From positions 1 through 64,000 of IMG/VR virus record IMGVR_UViG_3300047160_018755: a stretch of DNA of 64,000 nt. The stretch is one strand, 5' to 3'. The DNA is from a virus. Shown piece by piece: positions 62,991 to 64,000 of this stretch (position 1 is its first letter; the number at the start of each line of letters is the position of its first letter). A program made the position numbers and the translations under genes. The notes under the pieces were generated by a model that saw only the letters and a list, made by a program, of their open reading frames with translations, was not told where the DNA came from and did not search any database.

Positions 62991-63482
62991 ATGCCCACGA
63001 CGCACACCATCATCAGCTACAAGTACAACGAGCTTGGGCCCACGGCGCAGGAGGTCGCGCGCGACTGGTACCGCCAGGGTGCGCTCGACTACGACTGGTG
63101 GGACAGCGTCTACGACGACGCGGAGCGCATCGGCCTGAAAATCACGGGCTTCGACCTGGGGCGCCGGCAGGAGTGCAGCGGCCGGTTCGAGACCAGCGCT
63201 CGCGGCGTGGCGCAGGCCATCGTGAAGGAACACGGCGAGGGCACGGATACGCGCAAGCTCGCCGAGGCCTTCCTGTCCGAGACCACCGAGGACGCCGACA
63301 CCTACGGCGAAGACGTCGAGGCCTTCCACCGCGACCTGCTGCGCTGCTACTGGTCGATCCTCGACCGTGAGGCGGATTACCTCACCAGCGACGAGTGCAT
63401 CGCCGAGAACATCGAGGCGAACGAGTACGACTTCGACGTCAACGGGAATCGGTTCGTCTGCCACAACACCAGCTGCACGTAA
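62991..63482 (+). CDS. acidic hypothetical protein
   Basis: 163 aa; YKYNEL...A.EVAR.WY; ENIEANEYDFD; RBS GAGGAG. Confidence 0.7.
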   Translation: MPTTHTIISYKYNELGPTAQEVARDWYRQGALDYDWWDSVYDDAERIGLKITGFDLGRRQECSGRFETSARGVAQAIVKEHGEGTDTRKLAEAFLSETTEDADTYGEDVEAFHRDLLRCYWSILDREADYLTSDECIAENIEANEYDFDVNGNRFVCHNTSCT

Positions 63483-63492
63483 GGAGGATCAC

Positions 63493-63762
63493 ATGGAAAT
63501 CACCGTCCGCAACAACGACGTCAAGGGCATCGAGCGCACCCTGTCCGACCGGGAGGCGTCCACCATCGCCAACGCCCTGCGCGTGGCGCGCGACCGCTAC
63601 AAGCAGGACGCCGTGCAGTGTCGCCTGGCCCGCGACGAGGAGAAGGCCGAGCAGAACGCGCCCGCGTGGGCGGGGGCCGCCTACGAGCGCCTGGCCAAGC
63701 AGTTCGACCAGCAGGCCAAGGACTGCGACGCGCTGTTCCAGAGCATCGACTTCGACTTCTGA
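63493..63762 (+). CDS. hypothetical protein
   Basis: 89 aa, RBS GTAAGGAGG. Confidence 0.7.
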   Translation: MEITVRNNDVKGIERTLSDREASTIANALRVARDRYKQDAVQCRLARDEEKAEQNAPAWAGAAYERLAKQFDQQAKDCDALFQSIDFDF

Positions 63763-63779
63763 ACTGTAAGGGAGCCCAC

Positions 63780-63983
63780 ATGACCAAGGAGATGAGAAAC
63801 GCCATCGTCGCCCACGTCGAGACGGCCGAGAGGGCCATCTACGAGGCCCGCGCCCTCGTGGCCGAGGACGACGACGTGCTCAAGGACACCGACAACGCCA
63901 TCGCCTACGGGCGCCTCGACTCGGCGCACGACTTGCTCGACCGGCTGCGCGGGCACATCAAGTACATCATCGCGAAACCGTAA
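63780..63983 (+). CDS. hypothetical protein
   Basis: 67 aa, RBS GTAAGGGAG. Confidence 0.65.
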   Translation: MTKEMRNAIVAHVETAERAIYEARALVAEDDDVLKDTDNAIAYGRLDSAHDLLDRLRGHIKYIIAKP

Positions 63984-63993
63984 GGAGGATCAC

Positions 63994-64000
63994 ATGTCTG
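63994..64000 (+). CDS. start of a gene truncated by the window edge
   Basis: GTAAGGAGG-ATCAC-ATG at 63994. Confidence 0.5.

Noticed and set aside
57324-63996. Possible CRISPR array from the recurring GTAAGGAGG..CACATG repeat
   Set aside because: Repeats are short, irregularly spaced and are RBSs in front of ORFs; no constant-length spacers, no cas genes
1-64000. Stop-codon reassignment suggested by the release-factor-like gene and odd tRNAs
   Set aside because: Genes are intact and tightly coupled under code 11, and all three stops are used; no suppressor anticodon was found

Overview
Phage-type window, GC-rich (roughly two-thirds GC by eye), from a large contractile-tailed phage or prophage. 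Myxococcota is the inferred host, from a Gly/Thr-rich 'LGCGDN' lipoprotein and dense sigma54-type sites. Layout: (1) 67-2445, five + strand genes including a 2OG-Fe(II) oxygenase. (2) 2442-32786, a minus-strand tail/baseplate block: collagen-headed 2278-aa repeat fibre, CHAP hydrolase, tube-like protein, two Kelch-containing baseplate wedge proteins, tailspike-like protein, and a tube-initiator/LysM/gp25-like fusion. It is interrupted by two atypical tRNA-Ser genes and an HNH gene. (3) 32904-47414, tyrosine integrase and accessory genes: SprT and C39 proteases, glycosyltransferase, IMPDH/GMPR, vWA protein, Acb2/Tad1-like protein, dCMP deaminase, TAXI-like binding-protein module, a ~310-nt structured RNA, tRNA-Cys, lipoprotein and GGQ release-factor domain. 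(4) 47411-56209, many small, mostly minus-strand genes with two paralogue families and an R2K ATP-grasp. (5) 56210-64000, a mostly non-coding control region, then an SF1 helicase and small early-type genes with a repeated RBS cassette. No capsid, portal, terminase, sheath, polymerase or CRISPR array was seen. Best leads: an array of >=9 sigma54 (-24/-12) consensus sites with interspersed TGACGC repeats; six genes sharing an N-terminal CxxC-H-C zinc-knuckle tag on unrelated C-termini; a multibranch RNA ending in a tRNA-like domain; and two start-linked motifs (GATTCGATAGAA and CAATCTT-N6-10-ATG). All family calls are motif recognition by eye; no searches were run.
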